Under the pieces are notes generated by a model, which ran no database searches, was not told the DNA's origin, and saw only the letters and a program-made list of their open reading frames with translations. Shown in pieces: positions 17,735-33,928 of a stretch of DNA of 52,573 nucleotides. The stretch's first letter is position 1. Each line of letters opens with the position of its first letter. A program made the translations under genes and the position numbers. Origin of the DNA: Myxococcales bacterium (GTDB lineage Bacteria; Myxococcota; Myxococcia; Myxococcales; 40CM-4-68-19); the NCBI GenBank assembly GCA_035261845.1, contig DATFTN010000104.1, forward strand, positions 1 through 52,573. Direction: 5' to 3'.

Positions 17735-19486
17735 TCAGGGCCGCGCCGACGGGGGCGGTTGCTGAGCGCCGGGAGGAGGTGGCGGCGCTCCGGCGGCGGG
17801 CGCTCCAGGCGGCGCCGCGGGCGGTCCCTGCGGAGCCGCGGGAGACCCCACGCCGCCCGGTTGAGGCACGCCCGGCGAAGGAGTCGAGCCCGGCGGCGCG
17901 GTCCCCGGCTGCGGGGTGCCGGTGCCCGCCGTCGGTCCCTGCGGGCCCGGGCCCGCCTCCGCCGGGCCCGCGCGTACCTCGAGCACGCCGGGAGCGGTGT
18001 GCAGACGGACTTCGCCCAGCGCCAGCGCCTGGAGCGCGTCCGCGGCGCCGCCTACCGGCCCCACCACCACGACCGGCCACTGCCGGGGCCGGATCCAGGT
18101 CTTCGCCACGCGGGCCGCGTCGTTCCGGGTGACCTTCTCGATCCGCTGCGGGACGGTGCGGTAATAGTCGCGCGGCAACCCGTTGAAGACGGTGGTGGCG
18201 AGCGCGGACGCGACCGCGTCGTTCGTCTCCAGCGCCGCCGGGAGCCCGCGGATGAGGGTCTCCTTCGCCATCGCCATCTCGGAATCGGTCGGTCCTTCCG
18301 CCGCGAACCGCTCCAGCTCCTTCTCGTACTCGCCGACGGCCTCCGCGGTGTGCGTCGCGAGGATGCCGCCCGCGGCGAGGAACGCCCCGTAGGAGCGGCT
18401 GAGCTGCACGTTGCTGAACACGCCGTAGCTGTACCCGTGCTGCTCGCGCAAGTTCATGTTCAGCCGGCTGGTGAAGAGCCCGCCCAGCACCTCGTTCGCC
18501 ACCAGCATGGGGAGTCGGTCGGGGTGGCGCGCCGTGAACAGCCGGCCCACCACCCACACCTGCGACTGCGTGGTGCCCGGCTTGTCGACGGCGTCGATGA
18601 AACGGCGGCCGAGGGGCGGGAACGGAGCAAGCGCGAGCTTCCGCAGCGGCTCCGGCTTCCAACCGGCCAGGCGCCCGTCGAGGAGCTTCACGATCTCGCC
18701 GGGGGTCACGTCGCCGGCCACCGAGATGATCGCGTTGTTCGGCCGGTACCAGTCCCCCTTGAACCGGATCAGATCGCTGACCGTGATCGCCTCCACGGTT
18801 TCGGGCGTCCCTCCGGCCGGCTGTCCCCAGGGGTGCTTGTCGCCGTACAGGAGCCTCGCCGCCTCGTCGGCGGCCAGCGCGCCCGGGCTCCCCTGCTTCT
18901 GCGCGAGCCCGGCGAGCTTGAGCTTGCGGATGCGATCCACATCGTCTTCGCGGAAAGCGGAGTTCGTCAGTACGTCGGCGAGCAGCTCGACGGCCTTGGG
19001 CAGCGCCTCCCTGAGGGTGTTCATCCGCACGCGGCTGGTCTCGTTGCCAGCGCCCGCGGACAGCTCGATGGCTTGCTCGTCCAGCTCCGCGGCGAGCTGC
19101 GTGGTGGTGCGCCTCAAGGTCCCCTCGGTCACCATGCTGGAGACGAACCCCGCCAGGCCCGCCCTGCCCGGCGGCTCGCCGTTCACGCCGGTGCCGAAGA
19201 GGATGTCGATGGAGACGATGGGCACCGCGTGCAGCTCGGTGACCAGCACGCGGGCGCCGTTCTTCAGCCTGCGCTCGACAGGCACGGGCGCCTCGAACCG
19301 CAGCTGCCCCGGAAGCGGCAGCGGCTTCACGGCCCGGAACGCGGCGTCTGGGGTTTGCGGAGCGGTGTACAGCGGCGGTCCGGACTGGGTAATGGTGGCA
19401 GGCGGCTGCGAGCCGGGCGCCGGCTGCTGGGCCGGGCCCGCTGCGATCGCGGCGAGGAGGAGCGCGGCCAACGGGTGAGTCGTCAT
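17735..19486 (-). CDS. M16 (pitrilysin) family peptidase, non-catalytic/beta-type subunit, with ~80-aa Pro/Gly-rich C-terminal tail
   Basis: Signal-like N-terminus MTTHPLAALLLAAIAAGPA. M16 fold motifs are present without HxxEH (LAGFVSSMVTEGT). The tail reads GPAEAGPGPQGPTAGTGTPQPG...PPPPPGAQQPPPSARP. SD GAGGAG precedes ATG 19486. Confidence 0.8.
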   Translation of the reverse strand: MTTHPLAALLLAAIAAGPAQQPAPGSQPPATITQSGPPLYTAPQTPDAAFRAVKPLPLPGQLRFEAPVPVERRLKNGARVLVTELHAVPIVSIDILFGTGVNGEPPGRAGLAGFVSSMVTEGTLRRTTTQLAAELDEQAIELSAGAGNETSRVRMNTLREALPKAVELLADVLTNSAFREDDVDRIRKLKLAGLAQKQGSPGALAADEAARLLYGDKHPWGQPAGGTPETVEAITVSDLIRFKGDWYRPNNAIISVAGDVTPGEIVKLLDGRLAGWKPEPLRKLALAPFPPLGRRFIDAVDKPGTTQSQVWVVGRLFTARHPDRLPMLVANEVLGGLFTSRLNMNLREQHGYSYGVFSNVQLSRSYGAFLAAGGILATHTAEAVGEYEKELERFAAEGPTDSEMAMAKETLIRGLPAALETNDAVASALATTVFNGLPRDYYRTVPQRIEKVTRNDAARVAKTWIRPRQWPVVVVGPVGGAADALQALALGEVRLHTAPGVLEVRAGPAEAGPGPQGPTAGTGTPQPGTAPPGSTPSPGVPQPGGVGSPAAPQGPPAAPPGAPAAGAPPPPPGAQQPPPSARP

Positions 19487-19496
19487 CGCAGTCTCC

Positions 19497-20837
19497 TCAG
19501 GGGGCGCTCGCGGTGCGCTTGCCGGCCGGCAACGTAGTGAGCTCCAGCCGGCGGTCGTCGGGGAGATACTTGCGGGCGAACGCCTGCACGGCCTGCGGCG
19601 TCACCGCCCGATACCGCGCCAGGTCGCGGGGCAGGAAGCCGGGGTCCTGCAGCCACATCTCGTAGGCGTTGAGCAGGTCCGCCCGAGCGCTGCCGCGCTC
19701 CACCGATCGGATCTCGCCCGCGACGATCTTGTGCTTGGCGCGCTCCACTTCCTCCGGGCTGACGCCGTTCCGTTTCACGTCGTCGATCGCCTGCTGCAGC
19801 AGCGTCCTCAGCTCTTCGGGGGTGTGCCCGGGCCGCGCCGTGGCGCCGATCTGGATCCAGCCGCCCAGGCCCAAGGCCGGGTTGTTCGCGTCGACGTTGC
19901 TCGCCACCTGCTTGTCCAGGATGAGGAGCTGGTACAGGCGCGAGGTCTTGCCGCCCGCCAGCACCTCGCTGAGCACGTCCCCGGCAGGCTCGTCGTCGTG
20001 GAAGGGGACGAGCCCGTTCCAGACCATCTGGAACCGGGGGAGCTGGGCGAGCGGGTCCGGGAGCGTCTCCCGCACGACCGTCGAGATGGGTTTCGCCGTG
20101 ACGTCCGGCTTCTTCACCTCGGGGCCCCGGGGGATGTCGGCGAAATAATTCTCGATCAGGCCCTTCGCCGTGGCCGGATCGAAGTCGCCGACCAGGATCA
20201 ACGAGGCGTTGTTCGGGCCGTAGTAGCGGCGGAAGAAGTCGCGCACGTCGTCGAGCGAGGCGGACTGGATCTCCTTGAGGTCGCCGATCACGCACTCGTA
20301 GTACGGATGCGGCAGCGGGTAGAGCAGGTCGCACAGGCGCTGCTGGGTGGGACCGTACGGCACGTTGTCGATCCGCTGGTGCCGTTCGTTGCTCACCACG
20401 TCGCGTTGGATCTTCAGTTTCTGCTGGTCGAGCGTGGGGAGGAGGAACCCCATCCGATCGCTCTCCAGCCACAGCGCGGTGGGCAGCTCGTTGGAGGGGA
20501 CGGTCTCGTAGTAGTTGGTGCGATCGAAGCTGGTGGAGCCGTTCATTCCCGAAGCGCCGATCTGCTCCAGCACGGTGTCGAAGTCCCTCGCGTGCTGGGT
20601 GCCCGAAAACATCATGTGCTCGAAGAGGTGGGCGAAGCCGCTGCGCCCTGGCGTCTGGTTGGCGGCGCCGACGTGGTACCAGATGTTCACCGACACTTGC
20701 GGGAGCCGGTGGTCCTCGCTGAGGATCACGGTCAGCCCGTTCGGCAGCCGGTACTTCTCGAACTTCAGCTCCGGGTCCTTGGCGAGGACCGGCAGCGCGC
20801 AGATCGCGGCAGCGAGGACCAGGGCGCGGCGGAGCAC
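19497..20837 (-). CDS. M16 family zinc peptidase, catalytic subunit (HxxEH)
   Basis: Signal-like MLRRALVLAAAICALPVLA. The inverted zincin motif GFAHLFEHMMFSGT and downstream NGSTSFDRTNY are present. GTG start 20837 with SD AAGGAGG. Confidence 0.85.
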   Translation of the reverse strand: MLRRALVLAAAICALPVLAKDPELKFEKYRLPNGLTVILSEDHRLPQVSVNIWYHVGAANQTPGRSGFAHLFEHMMFSGTQHARDFDTVLEQIGASGMNGSTSFDRTNYYETVPSNELPTALWLESDRMGFLLPTLDQQKLKIQRDVVSNERHQRIDNVPYGPTQQRLCDLLYPLPHPYYECVIGDLKEIQSASLDDVRDFFRRYYGPNNASLILVGDFDPATAKGLIENYFADIPRGPEVKKPDVTAKPISTVVRETLPDPLAQLPRFQMVWNGLVPFHDDEPAGDVLSEVLAGGKTSRLYQLLILDKQVASNVDANNPALGLGGWIQIGATARPGHTPEELRTLLQQAIDDVKRNGVSPEEVERAKHKIVAGEIRSVERGSARADLLNAYEMWLQDPGFLPRDLARYRAVTPQAVQAFARKYLPDDRRLELTTLPAGKRTASAP

Positions 20838-20914
20838 GTGCAGCCTCCTTCGAAGGAACGGCTCTCCTACTCCCCACTCCCCCTCGGCGCAAGCTTCAAG
20901 GAAGCGTGGGTCCC

Positions 20915-21538
20915 TCAGCCCAGCACGGTGGAGAGCCAGGCGCGGGCGTCGGCGATCTCGGCGGGGATGACCATGTGGCCCATCGGGTATTCACGGTAGG
21001 TCACGCGGGCGCCCAGCTTCTGGAGCAGGTCGCGGATCGCGCGGCCCACTTCGACGGGGATCAGGGGATCGTGGATCCCGTGGGCGACGAACACGGGGAG
21101 GCCGCCCGATCCGCCGGGCGTGGCCGGCTGCTGCGCGCGGGGCGGCACGCCGGAGAGGACCAGGACGCCCGCAGTCAGATCCGGGCGGGCCAGCGCGGCC
21201 GACAGCGCCATCCCGGCGCCCTGGCTGAACCCGCCCAGGATCGGGCGCGGGCTGCCTCGGGCGACTTCTTCCACGGCCTCCAGCGCCAACCGGGCTCCCT
21301 CCGCCACCTCGGCGGGATCGAAGGTGAGCCCTTCCGGCGTCTGCTGCAGGTTGAACCAGGCGCGGCCGCCGAAGTCGAGCGCGATCGGCGCCTGCAGGCT
21401 GACCACCCGCAGGCGGGGGTCCAGCTCGTGCCCGATGGGCAACAGGTCGTGTTCGTCCGCGCCGAATCCGTGCATCAGGACCAGGGTGCGGTCCAGCCCG
21501 GGTTCCCGGGGAGGAAGCTCCACCGTGCGCAGCTTCAT
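20915..21538 (-). CDS. Phospholipase/carboxylesterase family alpha/beta-hydrolase
   Basis: 207 aa with LVLMHGFGADEHDL, nucleophile elbow GGFSQGAGMA, and C-terminal HGIHDPLIP and YPMGH, typical of the esterase/phospholipase (Abhydrolase_2) family. Confidence 0.8.
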   Translation of the reverse strand: MKLRTVELPPREPGLDRTLVLMHGFGADEHDLLPIGHELDPRLRVVSLQAPIALDFGGRAWFNLQQTPEGLTFDPAEVAEGARLALEAVEEVARGSPRPILGGFSQGAGMALSAALARPDLTAGVLVLSGVPPRAQQPATPGGSGGLPVFVAHGIHDPLIPVEVGRAIRDLLQKLGARVTYREYPMGHMVIPAEIADARAWLSTVLG

Positions 21539-21614
21539 GCGCGATCCACCGGGGCTGAGAACCAGGGATCGGGAGCGCCGTCAAGGGCGAGAGGTCATGG
21601 GGGGCCGCCGCCGG

Positions 21615-21905
21615 TCAGTACCTCTTCCGCTCGGACCGGGCGCGCTCGTACGCGGCCGGCAGGTCGGAGACCCGGATCACCTCCAGCACGGTCAGCACCT
21701 GCGATTCGCGATCGATCGCGTACTTGAACCGCCAGCCCTCCACGTCGACGAACAGCGGGCTCTCCGTCAGCGACGACCAGAAGGCGCTCGACGCCGAGAC
21801 CGCGGAGAGCGTCTGCCCGATCTCGCGCAGGCGGGCGCGCAGGCGCCCCAGCGTAGCCGCCTGTACCGATCCCACCGCGCATCGCAACTGGATGCGGTAA
21901 GGCAC
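21615..21905 (-). CDS. Small hypothetical protein (96 aa), possibly RelE/ParE-like fold
   Basis: GTG start with no SD. The C-terminal half WRFKYAIDRESQVLTVLEVIRV resembles the (Y/W)R(I/L)xY.(I/V)D....(V/I).(I/V)L.V signature of RelE/ParE toxins. There is no partner ORF in the flanking 76- and 115-nt gaps. Confidence 0.35.
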   Translation of the reverse strand: MPYRIQLRCAVGSVQAATLGRLRARLREIGQTLSAVSASSAFWSSLTESPLFVDVEGWRFKYAIDRESQVLTVLEVIRVSDLPAAYERARSERKRY

Positions 21906-22020
21906 GATGATCTTGTACGACTGGCGCGCGCGTCATACCTCGCACTGGCAGTGAAGTATCGGACAGGTGACGTACATCCGTCACGTTGACGAATGCACAC
22001 GATCGACCCCAAAGGGCCCG

Positions 22021-24159
<2,139 letters not shown>

Positions 24160-24182
24160 CGTAGGAAGCTAGTGCTCCTCCC

Positions 24183-29870
<5,688 letters not shown>

Positions 29871-30194
29871 GTGAACCACCGGACGGGAAAAAATCCGGCT
29901 GGACGGCCGAAATGCCGGACTTTGGACACTCGGCTCGGACCCGTCTCCTCGGCGGTTGTCTGTAGCGCAGAAGCCCGCCTGGGCGCACGTCAATATTGGT
30001 AAATTTTGCAACCGATTACTGAAGGGCAAAGCCGCTCGCGGCACGGTGGACCAGGCGCCCGGATGTGCGCCCCCAGCCGGGCCGGCCGACGCCAGTAGGG
30101 TCCAGTCGCATGTCAGTCGCATGCCGTCACGATTGACGAACGCGGGCGCGGGGCCTGCCGATCTGATATCCGCTTGGGTCCCGAGGAGGCACCT

Positions 30195-30506
30195 GTGACC
30201 GACAAGCCCAGCACCGCCGAGGAGGAGTACTTCGCGCGGGAGAACGCCGAGCGGCTGCGCAAGCTGGCGGCGGAGGTGAAGGCCTCGCTCGCCTCGGCGA
30301 AGCGCGAGGAGCTGAAGAAGATCCACTGGATGCGGTGTCCCAAGTGCGGGATGGAGCTCCAGGAGATCGGATTCCGGGGCGTCCAGGTCGACCGCTGCTT
30401 CTCCTGCGGCGGCACCTATCTCGACGCCGGCGAGCTGGAGAAGATCGCCGCGCCGGAGGGAGGCGCGATCGTCAAGTCCATGCTGCGCATCTTCGGAAAG
30501 TCCTAG
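30195..30506 (+). CDS. TFIIB-type zinc-ribbon protein (COG3809-like)
   Basis: CPKCG...CFSCGG double CxxC with GTYLDAGELEKI. SD GAGGAGG at 30183-30189 favours GTG 30195 over the TTG at 30174. Confidence 0.7.
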   Translation: MTDKPSTAEEEYFARENAERLRKLAAEVKASLASAKREELKKIHWMRCPKCGMELQEIGFRGVQVDRCFSCGGTYLDAGELEKIAAPEGGAIVKSMLRIFGKS

Positions 30507-30513
30507 ATCGAGG

Positions 30514-31557
30514 CTACAGGTAGCGCGAGAGCGCGCGGTCCGCGATCTCGCCGATCAGCCTCGGGTAGTCGCGGCCGGCCGCCGCCGCGGCCATGGCCAG
30601 CTCCGCCTCGGGCGCGAGCCACGGGTTCGGGTTGGCCTCGATCACGTAGATCTCGCCCCCGGGCGCGACGCGCAGATCGATGCGGCCGTAGTCACGCAGC
30701 CCCAGCGCGCCGTAGGTGGCGAGCGCCGTCTCCTGGATCCGGCTGACCATCTCGTCCGGAAGATCGCGGGCCACGGCCGCGAGGGCCGCGTCGTACGCCT
30801 GGGTCCCCTTCTCCCACTTCACTTCCTTGCCGGCGATGCGCGGCATGCCCTTCGGCAATTTCGACAGATCCAGCTCGACCGGCGGCAGCGCCTCCGGCTT
30901 GTCGCTGCCCAGCACGCCGACGTAGATCTCGCGCCCCTCGATGAACTCCTCGATGAGCGCGGGGGAGTCGAAGCGCTCGTGGAGGAGCGCGATGCGCTCC
31001 ATCAGCTCCTTCACGCTCTTCACCACCGAGCCCGCGTCGATGCCCACCGACCCGTCTTCGGAGCCCGGCTTCACGATCATCGGGAAATGCAGGTCGTCGA
31101 TGTGATCGATCTTGCCGCGGTAGCTGGAGACGAAGTTGGGCGTGCGGATGCCGTGGAAGGTGAAGACCTTCTTCGCCAGCGCCTTGTCCTGGGCGAGGAA
31201 GAGCGCCCGCGGCCCCGCGCCGGTATAGGGAAGCTCCAGCAGGTCCAGGAAGGCGGCAACGTGCGCCTCCTTCGAGTCGTCGCCGGCATAGGCCTCGGTC
31301 AGGTTGAAGACGAGATCGGCCTCGACGCGCGCCAGCTCCAGGAGCGACCTCTCGTCCTTGAGCTCGTGGAAGAAAGCGTCGTGGCCGTTCGAGCGCAACG
31401 CCTCCAGGACCTCGTCGCGATCGAGCTTGGCGCGCCGCTCGTGCTTGCGGCCGCGGATCGAGGCGCCCTTCTCGCGCTTGCCGCGCCGCTCGCGTTCCGG
31501 CGGAGTCACGTTGTCGCTCGGCTCGTACAGCACGGCGATCTTCAGCTTTCCCGCCAC
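30514..31557 (-). CDS. ATP-grasp enzyme of the D-alanine--D-alanine ligase family, with an N-terminal K/R-rich insertion
   Basis: Motifs KIAVLYE, FPMIVKPGSEDGSVGI, IEEFIEGREIYVGVLG and DYGRIDLRV..GEIYVIEANPNP (ATP-grasp Mg/ATP site). The insertion is PPERERRGKREKGASIRGRKHERRAKLDRDE. The GTG start lies 1 nt after the upstream gene's stop. Confidence 0.75.
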   Translation of the reverse strand: MAGKLKIAVLYEPSDNVTPPERERRGKREKGASIRGRKHERRAKLDRDEVLEALRSNGHDAFFHELKDERSLLELARVEADLVFNLTEAYAGDDSKEAHVAAFLDLLELPYTGAGPRALFLAQDKALAKKVFTFHGIRTPNFVSSYRGKIDHIDDLHFPMIVKPGSEDGSVGIDAGSVVKSVKELMERIALLHERFDSPALIEEFIEGREIYVGVLGSDKPEALPPVELDLSKLPKGMPRIAGKEVKWEKGTQAYDAALAAVARDLPDEMVSRIQETALATYGALGLRDYGRIDLRVAPGGEIYVIEANPNPWLAPEAELAMAAAAAGRDYPRLIGEIADRALSRYL

Positions 31558-31558
31558 G

Positions 31559-32578
31559 TCACCGCTCCTCGAACTTGCCGCGCTGAAGGTAGTTCATCGC
31601 CAGGGTCGTCGCGAGCACCGTCGTCTCGATCAGCTGTTGCGTCTCCCGTCCGGCGGCGACCTGGAGATCGAGCTCGCGCGCCCGGCGCGCCATCTGCTCG
31701 AGCAGCTTCTTCGCGAGCGAGCGCCGGATCCCGGTCCAGTAGGTGATCTTGTCCACCAGCGCCTTCCCGTGCGCCGAGAAGAGCGCGGCGGCGGCGGAGA
31801 AGCCCTCGCGCGGCGGGCCTGGATCGAAGATGTCCTCCAGCTCGGCGTCGGGCACCAGGTCGGCGATGTTCGGCGCCTCGTCGGGAACGGTTCGCCGGTA
31901 GAACTCCTCGAGCGGTTCGGTCATCTGGTCGACGGGAAGCTCCGCCAGCGCCCGGGAGAGCGGGCGTTTCGGCTCGACGCGGGCCAGCTCGCGGGCCACC
32001 CGATCGACGTACTCGAGCTTGCCCAGCGCCGGCCAACCCGCGTACTTGCGGCGCCAGTTCGAGCGCGGCGTGAGCCAGACGGCGAAAGTCTCGGCGAAAT
32101 CCTCGTCGGGGTGTTTCTGCGCGTACCAGCCGGCGATGTGCCGCACGTAGCGCCGCGAGAACGGCACCGGCGTATACGAGTCCGCGTACGGGCGGTCGAA
32201 AGGACCGAACAGCTCGATCCACTCCGGCGTGTCGTAGAGCTCGTACGCGTAGTTGAATGCGTGCCCGGCCTCGTGGCGCAGGTACATGAGGATCTCGCGT
32301 TCGTCCTCGAGGTCGTTGAGCGACCGCTCGAGCGCCTGCAGCTCCGGATCGGCGAGGTAGAAGGGGATGCCGATGATCGGCTCCCGATCGGGGCACGCCC
32401 ACTCGTCCGACAGGTAGCAGGCAGGGCGGAACCGCTCCAGGCCCTTCGCTTCCAGCTCGCGGTGGAGCTGCTGCACGTACTTCTCGACCGGCGAGCCGTC
32501 GAGCTTGAGCCCCAGCTCGCGGATCGGCTTCTTGAGCAGCTCCCGGGCCTCGGGCGGCGTGTGCTCGAACGGCTGCAT
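31559..32578 (-). CDS. Putative zinc metallopeptidase (HExxH; Peptidase_Mx-like family)
   Basis: 339 aa with MYLRHEAGHAFNYAY (HExxH) and downstream DEDFAETFAVWL. The family name is assigned from memory of the motif context and needs an HMM check. Confidence 0.6.
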   Translation of the reverse strand: MQPFEHTPPEARELLKKPIRELGLKLDGSPVEKYVQQLHRELEAKGLERFRPACYLSDEWACPDREPIIGIPFYLADPELQALERSLNDLEDEREILMYLRHEAGHAFNYAYELYDTPEWIELFGPFDRPYADSYTPVPFSRRYVRHIAGWYAQKHPDEDFAETFAVWLTPRSNWRRKYAGWPALGKLEYVDRVARELARVEPKRPLSRALAELPVDQMTEPLEEFYRRTVPDEAPNIADLVPDAELEDIFDPGPPREGFSAAAALFSAHGKALVDKITYWTGIRRSLAKKLLEQMARRARELDLQVAAGRETQQLIETTVLATTLAMNYLQRGKFEER

Positions 32579-32634
32579 GCTCCTCCCCCGGAGTCTGCTC
32601 CCCGCCTAGCTCCTCAGCAAGAGCGCCTTCAAGC

Positions 32635-32739
32635 GTTTCACGCGGAGGTCGCGGAGGACAAGAGCGAGGGCGCGGAGGAACCGTTGATCACCGGATCTCC
32701 TCGGCGCCCTCCCCTTCCTCCGCGTCCTCTGCGTGAAAC
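32635..32739. repeat. REP-like palindromic element, long divergent copy (copy 2)
   Basis: Left arm is GTTTCACGCGGAGGTCGCGGAGGACAAGAGCGAGGGCGCGGAGGA (32635-32679). The right arm (32696-32739) reverse-complements to GTTTCACGCAGAGGACGCGGAGGAAGGGGAGGGCGCCGAGGAGA. It uses the same GCGGAG-unit architecture as the other copies but has different termini. Confidence 0.75.
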
Positions 32740-32761
32740 GCAGTTCGCTATAGTGGCACGC

Positions 32762-33916
32762 ATGCGGGCACTGGTGATCGTGGCGGCGGTGGCGATCGCA
32801 GGAGGGGTGGAGGCGGCGGAGAAATGCGAGCTGGTGAAGAAGGGGTATGGGCCGGAGGGGAAGGGGGCGGTGAAGCTCGAGACCGTCGTCGCCGGGCTGG
32901 AGGTGCCTTGGGGCATCGCGTTCCTGCCGGGGGGAGACGCCCTGGTCACGGAGCGGCCCGGGCGGCTGCGCCTGGTGCCAGCCCTGACGAAGAGGAAAGC
33001 GGGCGACGCGACGAAGCTGCCGATCGTGGCGAGCATCGCCGTGGATGCGGACGAGGAAGGCGGGCTCCTCGGGGTCGCCGTCCATCCGAGATTCGAGCAG
33101 AACCGCTTCATCTACCTGTACATGACGGCGCGCGAAGACGGGCGGAAGTCGAACCGCGTCGAACGCTGGCGTGTGGCCGAGGACCTGGGGTCGGCGCGAT
33201 TCGACCGGCGCATCGTGGAGGGCATTCCTTCGGCCGCCTACCACGACGGAGGGCGCATCCGATTCGGTCCCGACGGCATGCTCTACGTCGGCACGGGTGA
33301 CGGACGCGATCCGGATCGCTCCCAGGACCCGGCCAGCCTGGGAGGGAAGGTCCTCCGGCTCACCCCGGACGGCGAAGTCCCGGGGGACAACCCGGTCGCC
33401 GGAAATCCTCTCTGGGTGCTGGGGGTGCGCAATACCCAGGGCTTCGACTGGAGCGGCGGACGGTTCTACGTCACGGACCACGGCCCTTCCGGGGAGCTGA
33501 TGCGGCAGGGCCACGACGAGGTGAATCTCGCTTCACCAGGGGCGAACCTCGGTTGGCCGGCGATCTACGGATGCCAGACGCGCTCCGGCATGGTCGCGCC
33601 CTCGCTGACCTGGCAGAGCGCCGTTCCACCCGGCGGCGCCTCGTTCTACACGGGCACCGCCCTTCCCGACTGGCGAGGCAGCCTGCTGATCGGGACCCTC
33701 CGATCGAAGCATTTGCACCGGGTCAAGTTCAGCGCCGCGGAGCCCGGAGTGGTCGAGTTGCACGAGGTCTACTTCCAGGACCAGGCCGGCCGCCTCCGCG
33801 ACGTGGTGATGGGCCCTGACGGCGCGGTCTACCTGACCACCTCCAATTGCGACGGCCGCGGCGACTGCCCGCCGGACCGCGACAAAATCCTCCGCCTCCT
33901 CCCCTCCCGCCCGTAA
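32762..33916 (+). CDS. PQQ-dependent sugar dehydrogenase (soluble glucose/sorbosone dehydrogenase, beta-propeller)
   Basis: Signal-like MRALVIVAAVAIAGGVEA. Family motifs are LEVPWGIAFLPGGDALVTERPGRLRLV, EGGLLGVAVHP, HDGGRIRFGPDGMLYVGTGD, GKVLRLTPDG, GVRNTQGFDW, DHGP and DEVN. The upstream part of ORF 31304..33916 is an antisense shadow. Confidence 0.85.
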   Translation: MRALVIVAAVAIAGGVEAAEKCELVKKGYGPEGKGAVKLETVVAGLEVPWGIAFLPGGDALVTERPGRLRLVPALTKRKAGDATKLPIVASIAVDADEEGGLLGVAVHPRFEQNRFIYLYMTAREDGRKSNRVERWRVAEDLGSARFDRRIVEGIPSAAYHDGGRIRFGPDGMLYVGTGDGRDPDRSQDPASLGGKVLRLTPDGEVPGDNPVAGNPLWVLGVRNTQGFDWSGGRFYVTDHGPSGELMRQGHDEVNLASPGANLGWPAIYGCQTRSGMVAPSLTWQSAVPPGGASFYTGTALPDWRGSLLIGTLRSKHLHRVKFSAAEPGVVELHEVYFQDQAGRLRDVVMGPDGAVYLTTSNCDGRGDCPPDRDKILRLLPSRP

Positions 33917-33928
33917 AAGGACAAAAGG

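Noticed and set aside
29997-30010. Sigma-54-like motif TGGTAAATTTTGCA
   Set aside because: GG and GC are separated by only 8 nt instead of the required 10, so it does not fit the -24/-12 geometry.
32754-32760. TGGCACG heptamer, a perfect sigma-54 -24 box
   Set aside because: No GC dinucleotide lies at the -12 position (10 nt downstream is GG), and the motif overlaps the ATG at 32762. It is probably a chance occurrence.
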